From assembly GCF_009914755.1 (NCBI RefSeq), contig NC_060930.1: a DNA stretch of 64,000 nt; one strand, 5' to 3'. The stretch comes from the human T2T-CHM13v2.0 reference genome, Homo sapiens. This document shows, in pieces, positions 42,151-57,884 of this stretch; within the stretch, counting starts at the first letter, position 1; each line of letters starts with the position of its first letter. A program made the translations under genes and the position numbers. Below the pieces are notes generated by a model that was not told the origin of the DNA, made no database searches, and saw nothing but the letters and a program-made list of their open reading frames with translations.

Positions 42151-42749
42151 ACGTCTCTCTCTCTCTCTCACTCTCTCTCTTTCTTCTCCCGCTGCCACAC
42201 ACCTGCCGAGAGCCATGGTGAATTTTCTTTTACTTCTTTAAGATCAGAAGGCAGCAGAAGGTTCTCAGGCAGGTTCCAGGCATAACAGTGACTGCCTCTG
42301 TGTTTTCCCGCATCTGCTGGACACCCCTTCACATGGGGCTCCTAGACCCCACTCTTAATACCCTCTTCTGTGCCACCCCTTATATCTGCCCCATCATCAA
42401 GGACCCCCAAACAAGCGTACAGCCTCCAGCTTTGATATTCAGAATTCACATCATCCGTCCCAATCTGTAGACATCTGAGACGTCCGCAAAGCCTTGGGCC
42501 TGTGTGTGCCCGGGAGGTAGAGACCGGACGCAGGATAGAAGCCCCGCAGGCGGCCACATCTGAGTAGCTCCCAAAGAAAGAGCAGGAAGGGGGAGCTGCC
42601 ATTTATTGAGCAGCTATCGCATGTATCAGGTTTATGTCAGTAGTTTCTTACACATTATTTCATTGAATTTTCACAATAACTTTGCAAAATATGTATTTTC
42701 CCCTTTTCACAAATAAAGGCATTGAGATTCAAAGGGGTTATCGCCAGTT

Positions 42750-43491
<742 letters not shown>

Positions 43492-44281
43492 AGTAGTTAA
43501 ATAAGTTACTGTAAGGTTAGGCAGCTGTAAGCATAGAGAAACCAGAGTTTCAACAGAACTCGTCTATGCAAAAGCCTCTGCTGTCCCATGAAGGTACACT
43601 AATCCATCCCCTAAAGTGTGAGACTGTCTCCCTGGGTTGAGGTGAAACCACGCATGAACACTAACTGAACAGAAAGGATATCAAAGCAAATGGTTAACCA
43701 TTTGACAGTGATTATACCTGACAACTTTATACCTATAGAAATATATGAAAAAGAATCACTAAAGATAAGATCTGACTATGGAAAAGTTAAATTCATTAGC
43801 TTAATTTATATGAAGGGTTTACATTTGTGCTTAATCAATATGCAGCATATGTTGTTTAAATATAATTAATTGTGCTGTAGCAGTAAATTCTGAATGTGGG
43901 CGTATCTATTCCCAACTTATCTGCTTCCACCTTTTAAAAGGAAAAAGAAAAACTGGTTGGCAAGTTAATTATTTGTATGTGAGCTTCAGTGCTTCTCACA
44001 CCCGATGGCAAAGTCAGAATGCTAATTTCCCATCCCTTCTAATCATTATCCCCACAGCGAGGGATGAGCAGGCTCTTTTACTATTGACCTCTTGAGCACT
44101 GACCACAGCAGACCTATAAGCAACATTCAAGCTTCCTCCATTCAAGATCAGAATTAGACAATATGGAAGTCTAGGTCCGATATAGTCCATGACTTAGAAT
44201 TTGAACAAATTGAGGGTAAATGAAGAGGTCAGATCACCTCTCTATATGAACAAACTTTAGTGGATAAAATCCTTAATCCCA

Positions 44282-44494
44282 CAGTGATGTGGTGGTAGAT
44301 GGTAAGTAGTCAATAACCAGATCTCTTGGAGGAAATAAAGCCCTGATGTGTATGTAGCATTTGCCAATTCCTGTGGTGTAAATACTCCCACCATGGCCAA
44401 TTTCAGGCTACCAACGTGACATTCACCAGCATGCAAAATTCATGAAAATTTAACAGTCAGTTCTTACCTGAATGGCAGCCCCGGCTCACCACTG
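44282..44494 (-). mobile_element. MER63A-like hAT-Blackjack element
   Basis: agccctgat...tagcatttgcc...ggtgtaaatactcccaccatggcc...ctaccaacgtgac; cagtg...cactg ends. Confidence 0.8.
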
Positions 44495-44519
44495 ACGGCC
44501 CACCTACCATGCACACAAT

Positions 44520-45215
44520 ATTGTATCCAACAGATTTATATTCACCTGCAAGTGACAGAAAATCCTAAAAGGTTGTGGCTTCACAGAGAAGTATATTTCT
44601 CCCTATGTAAAAGAAGTCTAGAGATAGGTAGTCCAGGACCACTATTGCAGTTCCAAATGATTATCGAGAACTTAGTCTTTTCTGGCTCTTAGTTCTACCA
44701 TCCCTAGGGGACAGCCCTCATCTTTATGGTTTGAAATAGCTGCCCTCCCATTCAAGTTTGAGTAAGCAGAATGGAGGAAGTTGCAGAAGTACATGCCTTC
44801 TCTTTCGTAAGGGGGATACTCAGAAACCTCACCAAATATATTTTTAAATGTATTTTCTTTTTTTAGAGACAAGGTCCCACTACGTTGTTTAGGCTGGAGA
44901 GCAGTGGCGTGATCATAGATCATAGCTCACTGCAGCCTCAAACTCCTGGGTTCAAGCGATCCTCCTGCCCTGTCAACCTCCAGAGTATCTGGGACTACAG
45001 GCACACCCCACCATGCCCAGCTTTACTAAATGTTTTGTTTAGTCCAAGCATAGTCCAAAATATTATGTTTACATTTATATTATAAAGTTACATGGTTCTA
45101 TCTAGCTGCGAAGAATCCTGGGAAATGGTTTCGGTTGTGTGCCCAACTGAAAGTCAGCACGTTACTGTATTGAAAGGAGAATGTTGAGGTAGGAACCTAG
45201 CTGTTTCTGCCTCAG
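44520..45215 (-). mobile_element. MLT1J-like LTR interrupted by an antisense Alu right arm (~44853-45022)
   Basis: ctgcaagtgacagaaaatcc...; FRAM-like ctcactgcagcctcaaactcctgggttcaagcg. Confidence 0.7.
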
Positions 45216-45704
45216 CTACCATTTATGACTGCTAGGGCTGGGCCTTATACCAAGCTCCTCGTGCACACCACTGAAGCTTTTTGTATCACATTCTCAAAGT
45301 GCAGCAGGACCTGAGAAAATTTCAAGTGAATACAAACGAGCACCTTAAAAACATTTTAAGAGTCATGCATTTATTTTAATATGCAAGAAAAAAGAGTACA
45401 GCGAACACGTAGTTTCACAGAGATTTTTGCTTGGGACTAGGCTAAGGTAGATCATGCCAGTTTAAGTTGAAAAGTTATTAAATTCCAGAAAAATATGAAG
45501 AAATAGTATAAATGACATGAGAAGATGGCAAAAATTCTAAAGGGGACGTCAGCTGCCTGAGATTAGGGAAACACTCAGATTTGGTGTAGTTTCCCTCAGT
45601 TTCCAGAGGAAGAAACTGAGGCTCCAGGGGAGTGACACAACTTGCCCCAGCTCACAGGTAGGTTTGATAACATTGTTCTTGAACAATGATTAATATCTAA
45701 TATT

Positions 45705-46005
45705 GGCTGGGCATGGTGGCTCATGCTTGTACTCCTAGCACTTTGAGAGGCCTAGGTGGAAGGATCACTTGAGCCGACGTGTTTGAGATCAGCCTGGGCA
45801 ACATGGCAAAACCCTGTCTCTACAAAAAATATAAAAAATTAGCCAGGCATGGTGGAGTGTGCCTGTAATCCCAGCTACTTGGGAGGCTGAGGTGGGAGGA
45901 TCACCTGAGCCCAGGAGGTGGAGGCTGCAGTGAGGCGAGAGATCACACCACTGCACTCCAGCCTGGGCAGAGTGAGACCCTGTCTCAAATATATGTAAAT
46001 ATAAA
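45705..46005 (+). mobile_element. AluJ-like
   Basis: Full dimer; ctaatatt on both sides. Confidence 0.94.
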
Positions 46006-47829
46006 TCCCTAATATTACATTTGAGAGTAACTATAATGCACCTTCCAGTACTTTTGGTAAAATCCTTTTTTTATACAGATATAAGGCTTAGATATAATCT
46101 CTTTTCTATACATATAAACGTAATATTATAATTTCTATAAATACAGTTAAAGGCCCAATTTAATAATTAATACTTTTGGACAGCTCTATGGGATGTTTCC
46201 AGGAAACCCGATGTCTCTACAGATAATACCTAACAATAGCTACCAGCTAACAAGAGACCTTTTGATGTCCTCTAGGGCTGGATTTCACCACACACAATGG
46301 TGATATTTAGTAAGCATTTCCTAAAAATTAGAACAAATTCTAGGAAATGGAGGACAAACTGGTGAAACTCAGTACATTAGTAACAGCCAGTGACAAGGGT
46401 CTAAGGGGAACAATACAAATTTTAGTGCTGTAAATGAGAGGTTCTCGTGTACCTCTATGCAAATTTGTGCCAAAATATATGTAAATTTATGCCAAAAAAA
46501 GTCTCAACCCCTGGGGTAGGGGAATATACATATGTGCATATGTATATTTTCTTTTTTAACCAGACTGTAATTCTGTTGTTTGTCATGGTTTCCTGGTATG
46601 TGGCCTCACCAGCATGCCCTTCACAGAGAGCTAATTCAAACATCAGCAAGATCCAGCATCTGAAGCCACCAGTAGGGTCTGAGTGACCAGGAGACCACAG
46701 GCTGTTGGAGGTCTCAGAAACTCTGGACAAGGTCCCTGGCAGTGAAGCCTCTAAACTCAGAGATGAGTAACAAAGCAAGGTCGCAGAATCAATCAGCTGT
46801 GTCTGTGAGCTTCTTTAAAAGCACCCTTCTATCTGTCCAGGTTGTTTGTGGGCCATTCTGTTGGGAGGAGACAAAGGGATGAGATAAGCGTTCAAGGTTC
46901 CTTGGCCTCCAAGAGTGGCTGAAGCCTCCAGATAGACTTGCCCGTCACTGGGATAGATATGCTACCAGGGTACCCCCTGGCGGGTAGAGGAAGGTGATGT
47001 GGTGGGGGTAAGGGTGGGACAGAGAAAGAGGCGAATATTTCTGTTTCCAGTTAACACTTTGTGTCTACTATATCATTATAGAAAAAAAAAATGCAGACTT
47101 AAAACAGCCTAAACTAATTACGAGTGGGGAATTTGTAAAATGATATGATGCTGCATGGCCTCTGAATAGTGCCCTGCTGTATTTCTCCATGTGACAAGTT
47201 ATAAATAAAGCCCAAACCTAACCATCAAACTTGAAGAAAAAGTGGGGAAGAGAAAAGCTGCTGTTCATCTCTAAAACCCACCCCTGTGCACATGCAAAAC
47301 AGATGAGTTCAGAGAGCCCCAACTCAACATCATCTCTTCATAATGCAAATCTGAAAATGGCTTCCAGATGGAATCCGAGATACATAGCTTATCATTATAT
47401 CAGGGAGCAGGCCCACTTTTGACCACATCCAAATGAACCACTGATCCACAGCGTCTATGCATGGGCAAGTTTGGCTTTTTCAGTTTGCCTGGAACATTCT
47501 TAGACCTGCCACTGTGGTTCCTGGGCTCTCCCCTGGGTTCATTGCTGAGATGACATTGACCAATAATGGGACCAGGCAATGTTTCAGGCAGGCCCATGAC
47601 AACCCCTAACCTCCTCAGTCCCGTGGCAACATCCCTCCTGCTCACCTTCCTCATTTTATTTTTTCCGGGCTGGCCAAATGGGACATGCAATGACATCAAA
47701 ACATGACGGGGTCTCCCGAGGGTTAGGCTTCCTCCCTTCCTCTCCAAGCCTGAAACTGCAGTACACTCTGTGTGGTGGTAGCCTCGGCTGGTAAGTAGAG
47801 CTGAAAATGTAAGAGGGTGAGTATTGGAA

Positions 47830-48760
47830 AGCATGTAAGTTAGGATTAGATTTGGCTGCAAGTGACAGAAGGTCCAAAATGACAGTGGCCTAAACAATAC
47901 AGGCATTTATCGACCTCTCAAATGAAACCACACTGGAGGTAGACAGTCCATGGTTCATAAGGAGGCTTCACAAAGTGTCAGGGACTCTTTCCAAGTTGTT
48001 TCTCCAATTTTCTTAGCACAGGGCCTCCAGAGCTTGTCCAAGACAGCTGCTTAAATTCTACTTAATAGCATCGTGTCCATATTCCAGCCACTGATGCGGC
48101 AGATTGTTTTTAATAATGGTCCTCCAATGAATCACGCCTCCTTGTTTTAAAGCCCTTTGCAATGTCAATGACACTGTCTATTCTTCCATCAAGATGTGGG
48201 GTCTAGTTCCTCACCCTTGAATCCAGTTTGGCCAGTAGAATTTGACAGAAGTGGCGTTGTATAAATTACAGAGCCTAGTCCTTAAGCAATCTTGAAGCTT
48301 CCTCTCTCTCCCTCTTGAAACCCTGAGGCTGCCATGTTGTGATAAGGTGCATGTGGCTTTGGGAGAAGGAGACACTTCCCAGAGAAGAACTGAGGAGCCC
48401 CCGCTGGCAGACATGTGGATGAGGCCATCTTAGATCCAACAGCAGCTGGGATATCAGGCAAGACTGGCGTGAGAAACCTCCCAGATTTCCCAGCTACAGA
48501 ATCACAAAAAGTAATAAATTATAGTGCTTTTAGCCACTAATTATAGAAGTGACTTGGTACACAACAACAGATAACTGAAAGCAAGCAACTAGCAGGAGAG
48601 GCAAAGAAAAGACAAAAAGCACTGTCTTTTAAGCAGCTCTCCCTTTGGCTGTCATGTAACATGGCTGTTGATATCTTTGGGGCTACAATCCGCTGCGAGG
48701 GAAATACAATCTTTCTCCTCGGCAGCCTGGTGCCCAGTTACCACCAAGGGCATGGAGGAC
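47830..48760. mobile_element. Nested MaLR LTRs: antisense MLT1J-like split by a sense MLT1G/H-like (~48090-48580)
   Basis: ggctgcaagtgacagaagg (outer); cacccttgaatc...ttagccactaattatag...cagataactgaaa (inner). Confidence 0.65.
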
Positions 48761-48866
48761 TAAGAAAAAGCCGACATTAGGTTACGCAGCTGTCACTTAA
48801 TGAGAGAGGGGGAGGATTAGGAAACAACAAATATACAGCACTTTCCCATGAATAGCAAAGATGTTA

Positions 48867-49389
<523 letters not shown>

Positions 49390-50124
49390 TTTATCATTAT
49401 TATATTATTATGATAGTTTTTTTAAATCTTTTCCCTCTTAAACTTGAATTCTCCCAGCTCATAATAAGAGAAGGTAAATGAGAACACCTCCCAAAAATAT
49501 GCTACCCTTCTGAGATATAAAAATAACTAAGATTTACCAGCCTGAGGAAGGAAGAGGGGAAGAAAGCTATAACTGACCTGTGGAGGTCAAGGGCGCTGGT
49601 GATGGGACCAGCCTCCTCAGTCTACAGTGAAATCACACAGGCACTTAAGTGACTCATAAGGAAGCATCTCTGAACTGTAGTCTGGTAGACTCTGAAATGA
49701 GGCAACAAGTGGTATTATTGGAATCCTTCTCTTGCTCGTTAAAACTCTGATGAATTCTCAGCTGTCTTTAAGGGTTTGGATTTCATTCATAGTGCACGAG
49801 AGAGTGAACTGGAAGAACTCTAGAGGACTCTTCAAGTCCTTCACTTCCATGAAATAGAAAAGGCCTTTTGCTGTGTGTTTGTGCAGGACTCCCACGTGCC
49901 TGGCACACTCCTGGGCCCTCGGGGGAAATAGGAAAGAAGGATATGACAAAGTACCTGCCCTCAAAGAGCTTACAATCTATAGAAAGCAATTTCTATGGCC
50001 CCTCAGTACACAAGCCCCAGGGAAGTTTCTGGGAGCTGCTGAACAGTTTTCTCCAATTCTGCTGCATATAGGTGAGTTGTGATCATGGGTGAGGCTCTCC
50101 CCTTAATTAAGAAATGCCAGCCAA

Positions 50125-50240
50125 GGCCAGGAACAGTGGCTCACGCCTGTAATCCCAGCACTCTGGGAGTCCAAGGCAGAAGGATCGCTTGAGGCTGGCC
50201 TGGGCAACATAATCAGTCCTCATCTCTATTAAAAGAAAAG
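50125..50240 (+). mobile_element. FLAM / Alu left arm, internally deleted
   Basis: ggccaggaacagtggctcacgcctgtaatcccagc... Confidence 0.85.
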
Positions 50241-50834
50241 TCCCGAGGATATATGTAAATTTTAAGAACTTTTTTTATCTTAAAAAGGGAAAATGAGAAA
50301 AAGAAAAAAAAAAGAGAGAAATGCCTTCCCTCTTCATGATTCTTCTTTACTCTAATAATCTTCCAACTCACTGGGCACCCCCTAACTTTGGGTTCTTGAA
50401 GACTTTCCGGGAGGCACAGCTTGGCTAGTCTTAAGAGAATCAACTTGCAGATTCTCATCTTCCACGTGCACTCTTTCTTAAGGCGGTTGGACTGAGAAGG
50501 TGCCCCAGAGTTCCTTCATGATAGCCTGTCTCCCACTTTAGACAAGAGAGGCCCCCTTTCTGCTCTCCCATGTCTGATTCCAATTCATCATTCCATGATG
50601 GGGAAACTCCAGGGCAGCAAACAAAAGGGAAGCCCCCTTTGATGATAACAGCGCCATCAACTCAGAGTGTTCTGGAGATTTCCCTGGCATTATATATTTG
50701 CTTGTTTATTTGTTAAAGGAACACCCATTATTAAAATTTGGGTATTTGGGAATAGTCTAAATTCAGTTATATGGTAGAGGGAAGTGAAAAACAGCTTTTC
50801 ATCCACAAAGTCACCTCTTATTCTTCCTAATTGC

Positions 50835-50915
50835 GTGTGTGTGTGTGTGTCTGTGTGTGTTTGTGTGATACAGACAGAGACAGAGAGAGAGAAAGGAAGG
50901 GAGGAAGAAAGAAAA
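50835..50915. repeat. (TG)n followed by a (GA)-rich repeat
   Basis: gtgtgtgtgtgtgtgtctgtgtg...gacagagagagagaaagg. Confidence 0.9.
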
Positions 50916-51210
50916 CTTATCACTCACTAGGGTTAGTATTATGATAGCAAATTAAGGGAAACTTTTGTAAGAATTATTGAATGCTAAAAAAGACTCTTTC
51001 CTCACTTTTTTAAATATAAAAAATTCTTTGCAGCTCTTCTTAAAACTCATCCTTAGGAGGTGTCATTAGCTGCAAAGAAAAGCACATTCAAATAAAGCCT
51101 GATATTTACTAATGCTGGTCATTTTTACCATAACTCAATTTTTTTCACAACTTCTAAAATTTTCAAGATACATTAGCTAAAGCCCCAGATTAAAGATTCA
51201 TGTGATTTCT

Positions 51211-51979
51211 TGAAAAAATGCTCATCATCACTGGTTATCAGAGAAATGCAAATCAAAACCACAATGAGATACCATCTCACACCAGTTAGAATGGCGATCA
51301 TTAAAAAGTCAGGAAACAACAGATGCTGGAGAGGATGTGGAGAAAAAGGAACACTTTTACATTGTTGGTGGGAGTGTAAATTAATTCAACCATTGTGGAA
51401 GACAGTGTGGTGATTTCTCAAGGATCTAGAACTAGAAACACCATTTGACCCAGCGATCCCATTAGTGGGTATATACCCAAAGGATTATAAATCATGCTGC
51501 TATAAAGACACATGCACACGTATGTTTATTGCAGCACTATTCACAATAGCAAAGACTTGGAACCAACCCAAATGTCCATCAATGATAGATTGGATAAAGA
51601 AAATGTGGCACATATACACCACGGAATACTATGCAGCCATAAAAAAGGATGAGTTCATGTCCTTTGCAGGAACATGGATGAAGCTGGAAACCATCATTCT
51701 GAGCAAACTATCACAAGGACAGGAAACCAAACACTGCATGTTCTCACTCATAGGTGGGAATTGAACAATGAGAACACTTGGACACAGGGAGGGGAATATC
51801 ACACACTGGGGCCTGTCGTGGGGTGCGGGGCTGGGGCAGGGATAGCATTAGGAGAAATACCCAATGTAAATGACGAGTTAATGGGTGCAGCAAACCAGCA
51901 TGGCCCATGTATACCTATGTAACAAACCTGCACGTTGTGCATATGTACCCTAGAGCTTAAAGTATAATAATAAAAAAAA
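51211..51979 (+). mobile_element. 5'-truncated L1PA (L1PA6-like), ~770 bp, with 16-bp TSD
   Basis: ORF2 C-terminus plus 3' UTR and A tail; TSD attcatgtgatttctt at 51196-51211 and 51980-51995. Confidence 0.96.
51213..51764 (+). pseudogene. L1 ORF2p C-terminal (Cys-rich) fragment with an internal stop
   Basis: [32 protein letters not shown]...HCWWECK...W*, then GIYPKDYKSCCYKDTCTRMFIAALF...MFSLIGGN*. Confidence 0.95.
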
Positions 51980-52054
51980 ATTCATGTGATTTCTTTCAGA
52001 TTTGATATGTTGTTGAATAGGATAATTATCAAATTATAACATTAAAACCTAATT

Positions 52055-52309
<255 letters not shown>

Positions 52310-53283
52310 CTTGTTCCACTTAGAGTTACCCTTTATCTTACTTTATATTCTCTAAGGTCACTGATATCTTTCCAGTCTTCCTGAAAATACAAGCAAATAC
52401 TGACACAGATGCTATTTTCTTACACAAAATATAACCAGCTATATATACTCAATGCTTTTTGCTTTTGTCTCTTCACGGCATTTTCTGGAAAGCTTGCCAG
52501 GTCTGTGCACAGACAGCAGCCCTGCTCCTTTGCCCTGCTGTGTAGTATTCATGTGTGGGATGTTCACGGATTACCCAGTCCTCTAAAGACGACACTTGGG
52601 TTGCTTCCAGGCTTCTGCTCCTACAAGAGATGCTGCCGTGAATAACTGCTCACGTACATCCTTCCATACGTGTGCAGACGCCTCTGGAGGATCAGTTCCC
52701 AGAAGCACCACCCCACCTTTTATTGCTAGCAAACTGTTAATCACCCACTGACACCCATGGCTCAGAGAGCCAGACATGAGAAGAGGCATGTCCAGAGAGG
52801 CACAGGAAATGCAGCTGCATCTGCCTTCTTTACTCAACTGTGAGCATCTTAGGAGTCTGGACCCCTTCTTATCTAACTTTGTATCCCCATGAATAACTCA
52901 ATAAATAAACAAATGAACAGATGGTATTCAAACTTAGGCTTCTTTAGAAACTGAGAAAGACAACCTCTAAGCAGAGAAGGCTACTCTTTCTCTAGGTACT
53001 GATTAGTGCTTACTGCTATGAAGTTTATGTTTCTACACAATCTAAGAACTCATAACCAGAACAGGGAAGTTATTGAGAACACAGAGCAAACCCCAGCGAC
53101 CCATTTTTCTAGACACAGTTCATTCCTCAACCCCATGCCTTACAGCAGATTGTCTGAAGAAAATACCTTGGCTGCCTATGCATAAACTGCATTTTGACTA
53201 CTCTTAACATGGTTTCTTTTTGTGTTCTGGGACATTAATGGAAGTCATCAAATGAAAACAAAATAAGGGGAAACATATTTGGT

Positions 53284-53960
<677 letters not shown>

Positions 53961-53968
53961 TGTTTCTT

Positions 53969-53971
<3 letters not shown>

Positions 53972-54013
<42 letters not shown>
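53972..54013. repeat. (GT)21 microsatellite
   Basis: Uninterrupted GT run. Confidence 0.97.
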
Positions 54014-54015
<2 letters not shown>

Positions 54016-54109
54016 TTACTTTCCATGGTACATTAGGTAGAAATGGGTTCATTTGTAAGTTTCAGAAAAACCCAAAAATAACTATAGCTTGTCAGAAATG
54101 CAAGTTTGT

Positions 54110-54433
<324 letters not shown>

Positions 54434-55854
54434 TCACATAAATAGTAACGGTCAGCAGTCCAGGGTTGCAATACTGGCCAAGATCGTCAGGAACCCAGGC
54501 TTCTTATCAACACAGAGCTTCTACCTCATGGCCCAAAATGGCTACTGAGCTCCAGCTACCACATCCACATTCTAGCCCGCAGCAAGTAGGAAAGAGAAAT
54601 AAGGACACACCCCCTCTCTTTAATACTACTTCCCAGAAGTTGAACATGATACTTCTGCTTTTAGTCCATTAGCCGTAGCTTTCCCCTTGACCATGCCTAG
54701 ATCCAAGTGAGACCGAGGAAAGAAGCCTTTGCCCTTGAAAGGTATGCTAAAATTGTGGGTTATCATTACTGATGAAGCAGTGAAGAACGGGTATTAAAGA
54801 GTAACTAGCACAGTCGGCCATACAGTAGTAGAGGAGATGCATTCACGGAACCCCAGTGTGAAAAGGCATTTTGAAGAACTCCAGTGCTTATCTGATGCTT
54901 AAGTCAATTCCACAGCATTCCTCCCTACCGATTGTCCTCCCCTCCCTACTAAAAAAAGAGAGAGGCTTGAAGCAACCCGTCTGATGTCTGGACATTGCTT
55001 CCATCAGTTGAGCTGATATCCAGTTGGTCCTATTTCAGCCCCTTGAGGGCATTCACATTAACTCTCAAATCTAAGTTCTCTCAGACCTAAGAATTCAGAA
55101 CTAATAATATTTGGAGACATTTATCAAGTCCCACCCCTAGACTCCTCTTCTCCAAATAACCACCCACTGTGCTCTCAAATACCCCTCCCTGTCATCCTCC
55201 CAGTGTGCTCACAGCTCTCTGAAGGTGTCCTACCTGGAATCCTGGGAGTGGGTTTACACAGAGGCAGCTTACAGCTCTCAGATAAGATGCATCTATTCAC
55301 CTACATCTACAGTGGCTTCTCAGAGAGCTTTAAGACTTTTGACAGTTGCTTCACACTTTTAACTCAGAGTGTTTGACACCTACCAAAGCTACAAATCCCC
55401 CCAGTGGCCGTTTTTACTGTTGATTTGGGGCTCTGATGCAGAACCTGACATCTCCCTATCTTACCTTCTCCAGTTGATGAGGCCTCTTTATAGGCCTGAA
55501 CCTATAAAGATAGTTGTAAATCCTGAGTCCATCCATCAACAAACCCTCTGTTCCTCCTACCTCCATCTGCAAGTTTGGTAATAACTCTATGACTTCATCC
55601 AGCAGAAGACTGTGAAGGGCAGGGTCACCCCTGAAATCCTCCCTCCGGGTGACATTGATTAATTAAGCAGCTGCTCTGTGGCAACAGTGAAAACTGGTTT
55701 GGATGTATGTTGCTGCCATAGTGACATCCAAGCAAGCAGCTAAGAACCCCGAGGCCTTAGCTGTTGGCAGCATTTTCTACCAGAGCTTTCCTTCCACAGG
55801 GAGAAGATTCCCAGAGCCCTTAGGAGCCAGGATCTGGCGGTTGGGAGATAGCAG

Positions 55855-57175
55855 TCATTCATGCATGCATGCATTCATTCATTCATTGTTCATTTGTTAA
55901 ATATATATTGAGGTCTTCTAAAGCTAGATGTGCTATGTCCTGAGAATAAAGGTGAACAAGACACAGTGCCTCCCCTCAAGGAGCTTGTCAGTCTAATGGA
56001 GAGTAAAATTGCAGACAGAAGGACTCTGTGGAAAGCTCCAGACAGGTCATGTCACTCCTCTGCTCAATACTCTACAATGGCTCCCATGCTCCTCAGAGTA
56101 AAGGTCAAGGTCCTTCCCACAGCCCCGTGGGACCTGGCCACCCCATAGCATTTATCCATCCTCCTGCTCTTTTCCTCCTTTTCTCCTCTCTAGCCACACT
56201 GGCCTCATTTCTCCTGTCTTCAGGACTTTGTACCATACCTTTAGATGCCATGCCATACCATACCATACCATACCATACCATACCATACCATACCATACCA
56301 TACCTCACCATACCATACCTCTAGACGCTCTTCCCCAAATAGCTAGATTGCTCACTCCCTCCCATCCTGCAAGTCTTTCCCCAAAAGAGGCCTTCTCAGG
56401 GAGGCCTTGTCTAGCCACCCCATCTAAAATGTCAACACCCCCAGTATTTCATATCCTCTTCCTGATTTATTTCTTCTTCTCAAGACATCTTCCTCTCTAA
56501 TATTCTCTACCCTACCTCCTAATCTTGCTTAATTTCTATCTCTGCCCACCAGCATGCAAGCCTCCGAGAGCAGCAGGGAGCTTTGGATTATTTTGGTTTT
56601 GTTTTGTTTTTTTGTATTTAGAGCAATTAGTGACTAATACAATATATAGAAGAGGGGGGAAGAGAGGAAGGAAGGAAGGAAAGAAGGAAGGAAGCAAATG
56701 AAATTTTCAATATAACCTGGCACCATGGAAGCACACAGAAAAGCCTCCTAGCCCAGCCTTGGGAAGCCAACAGGCTTTCCTGAGAACTGTAGAATGAGTC
56801 AGAGTTGGCCAGGTAAGGAGCAGACAGAAAGGTAATTCCAGGAAGAGGAAGCAGCACACACCAATGGCCACACCTGCAGGGAGACCTAGGTGCCGTGGGA
56901 ACTCGGTGGCTGGAAGCTGCATACAGCTGAACGTGGCACAGTGGCGAAAGGAGGGCGGGGGCTGAGTGGAAGAATCCTGCAGACCATGAGAAGGTGTTTG
57001 GAATCCATCAAGAGAGCAGAAGGAGGCAGCGGAGCAAGCGGCCAAGTGCCATAACCAGATTTTCCCTTTACAAAGGCCAGAGTGAGGAAAATAGATGGGA
57101 GGAGAACAAGACTGGAGGCATAGACATCAGTTAGGAAGATGTTTCACTCACTCCACTGAAAGACGCTAATGGATG
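55855..57175. mobile_element. Cluster of L2 fragments (both orientations)
   Basis: cattcattcattc...atatattgag (antisense 3' end); tcatgtcactcctctgctcaa...ctcagagtaaa (sense); gagttggccaggtaagg...attccaggaagaggaagcagc (antisense). Confidence 0.8.
56253..56319. repeat. (CCATA)n pentanucleotide microsatellite
   Basis: 10 perfect units, one variant, then 2 more. Confidence 0.95.
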
Positions 57176-57274
57176 AATTAGGGCAGGAGTCAGCAAATAT
57201 TTTCTGTAAAGGGCCAGATAACAAATATCTGGGGCATCTTCGGCTCTGTCTTTTTAGCAAGAAAAGAAGCCATG

Positions 57275-57884
<610 letters not shown>

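Noticed and set aside
45671-45688. Inverted SOX-like pair cattgttc-tt-gaacaatg
   Set aside because: An 8-bp stem wedged between a MIR and an Alu; chance level and no supporting context.
56028-56500. ORFs with YHTIP / WYGMV peptide repeats
   Set aside because: Translation of the (CCATA)n microsatellite.
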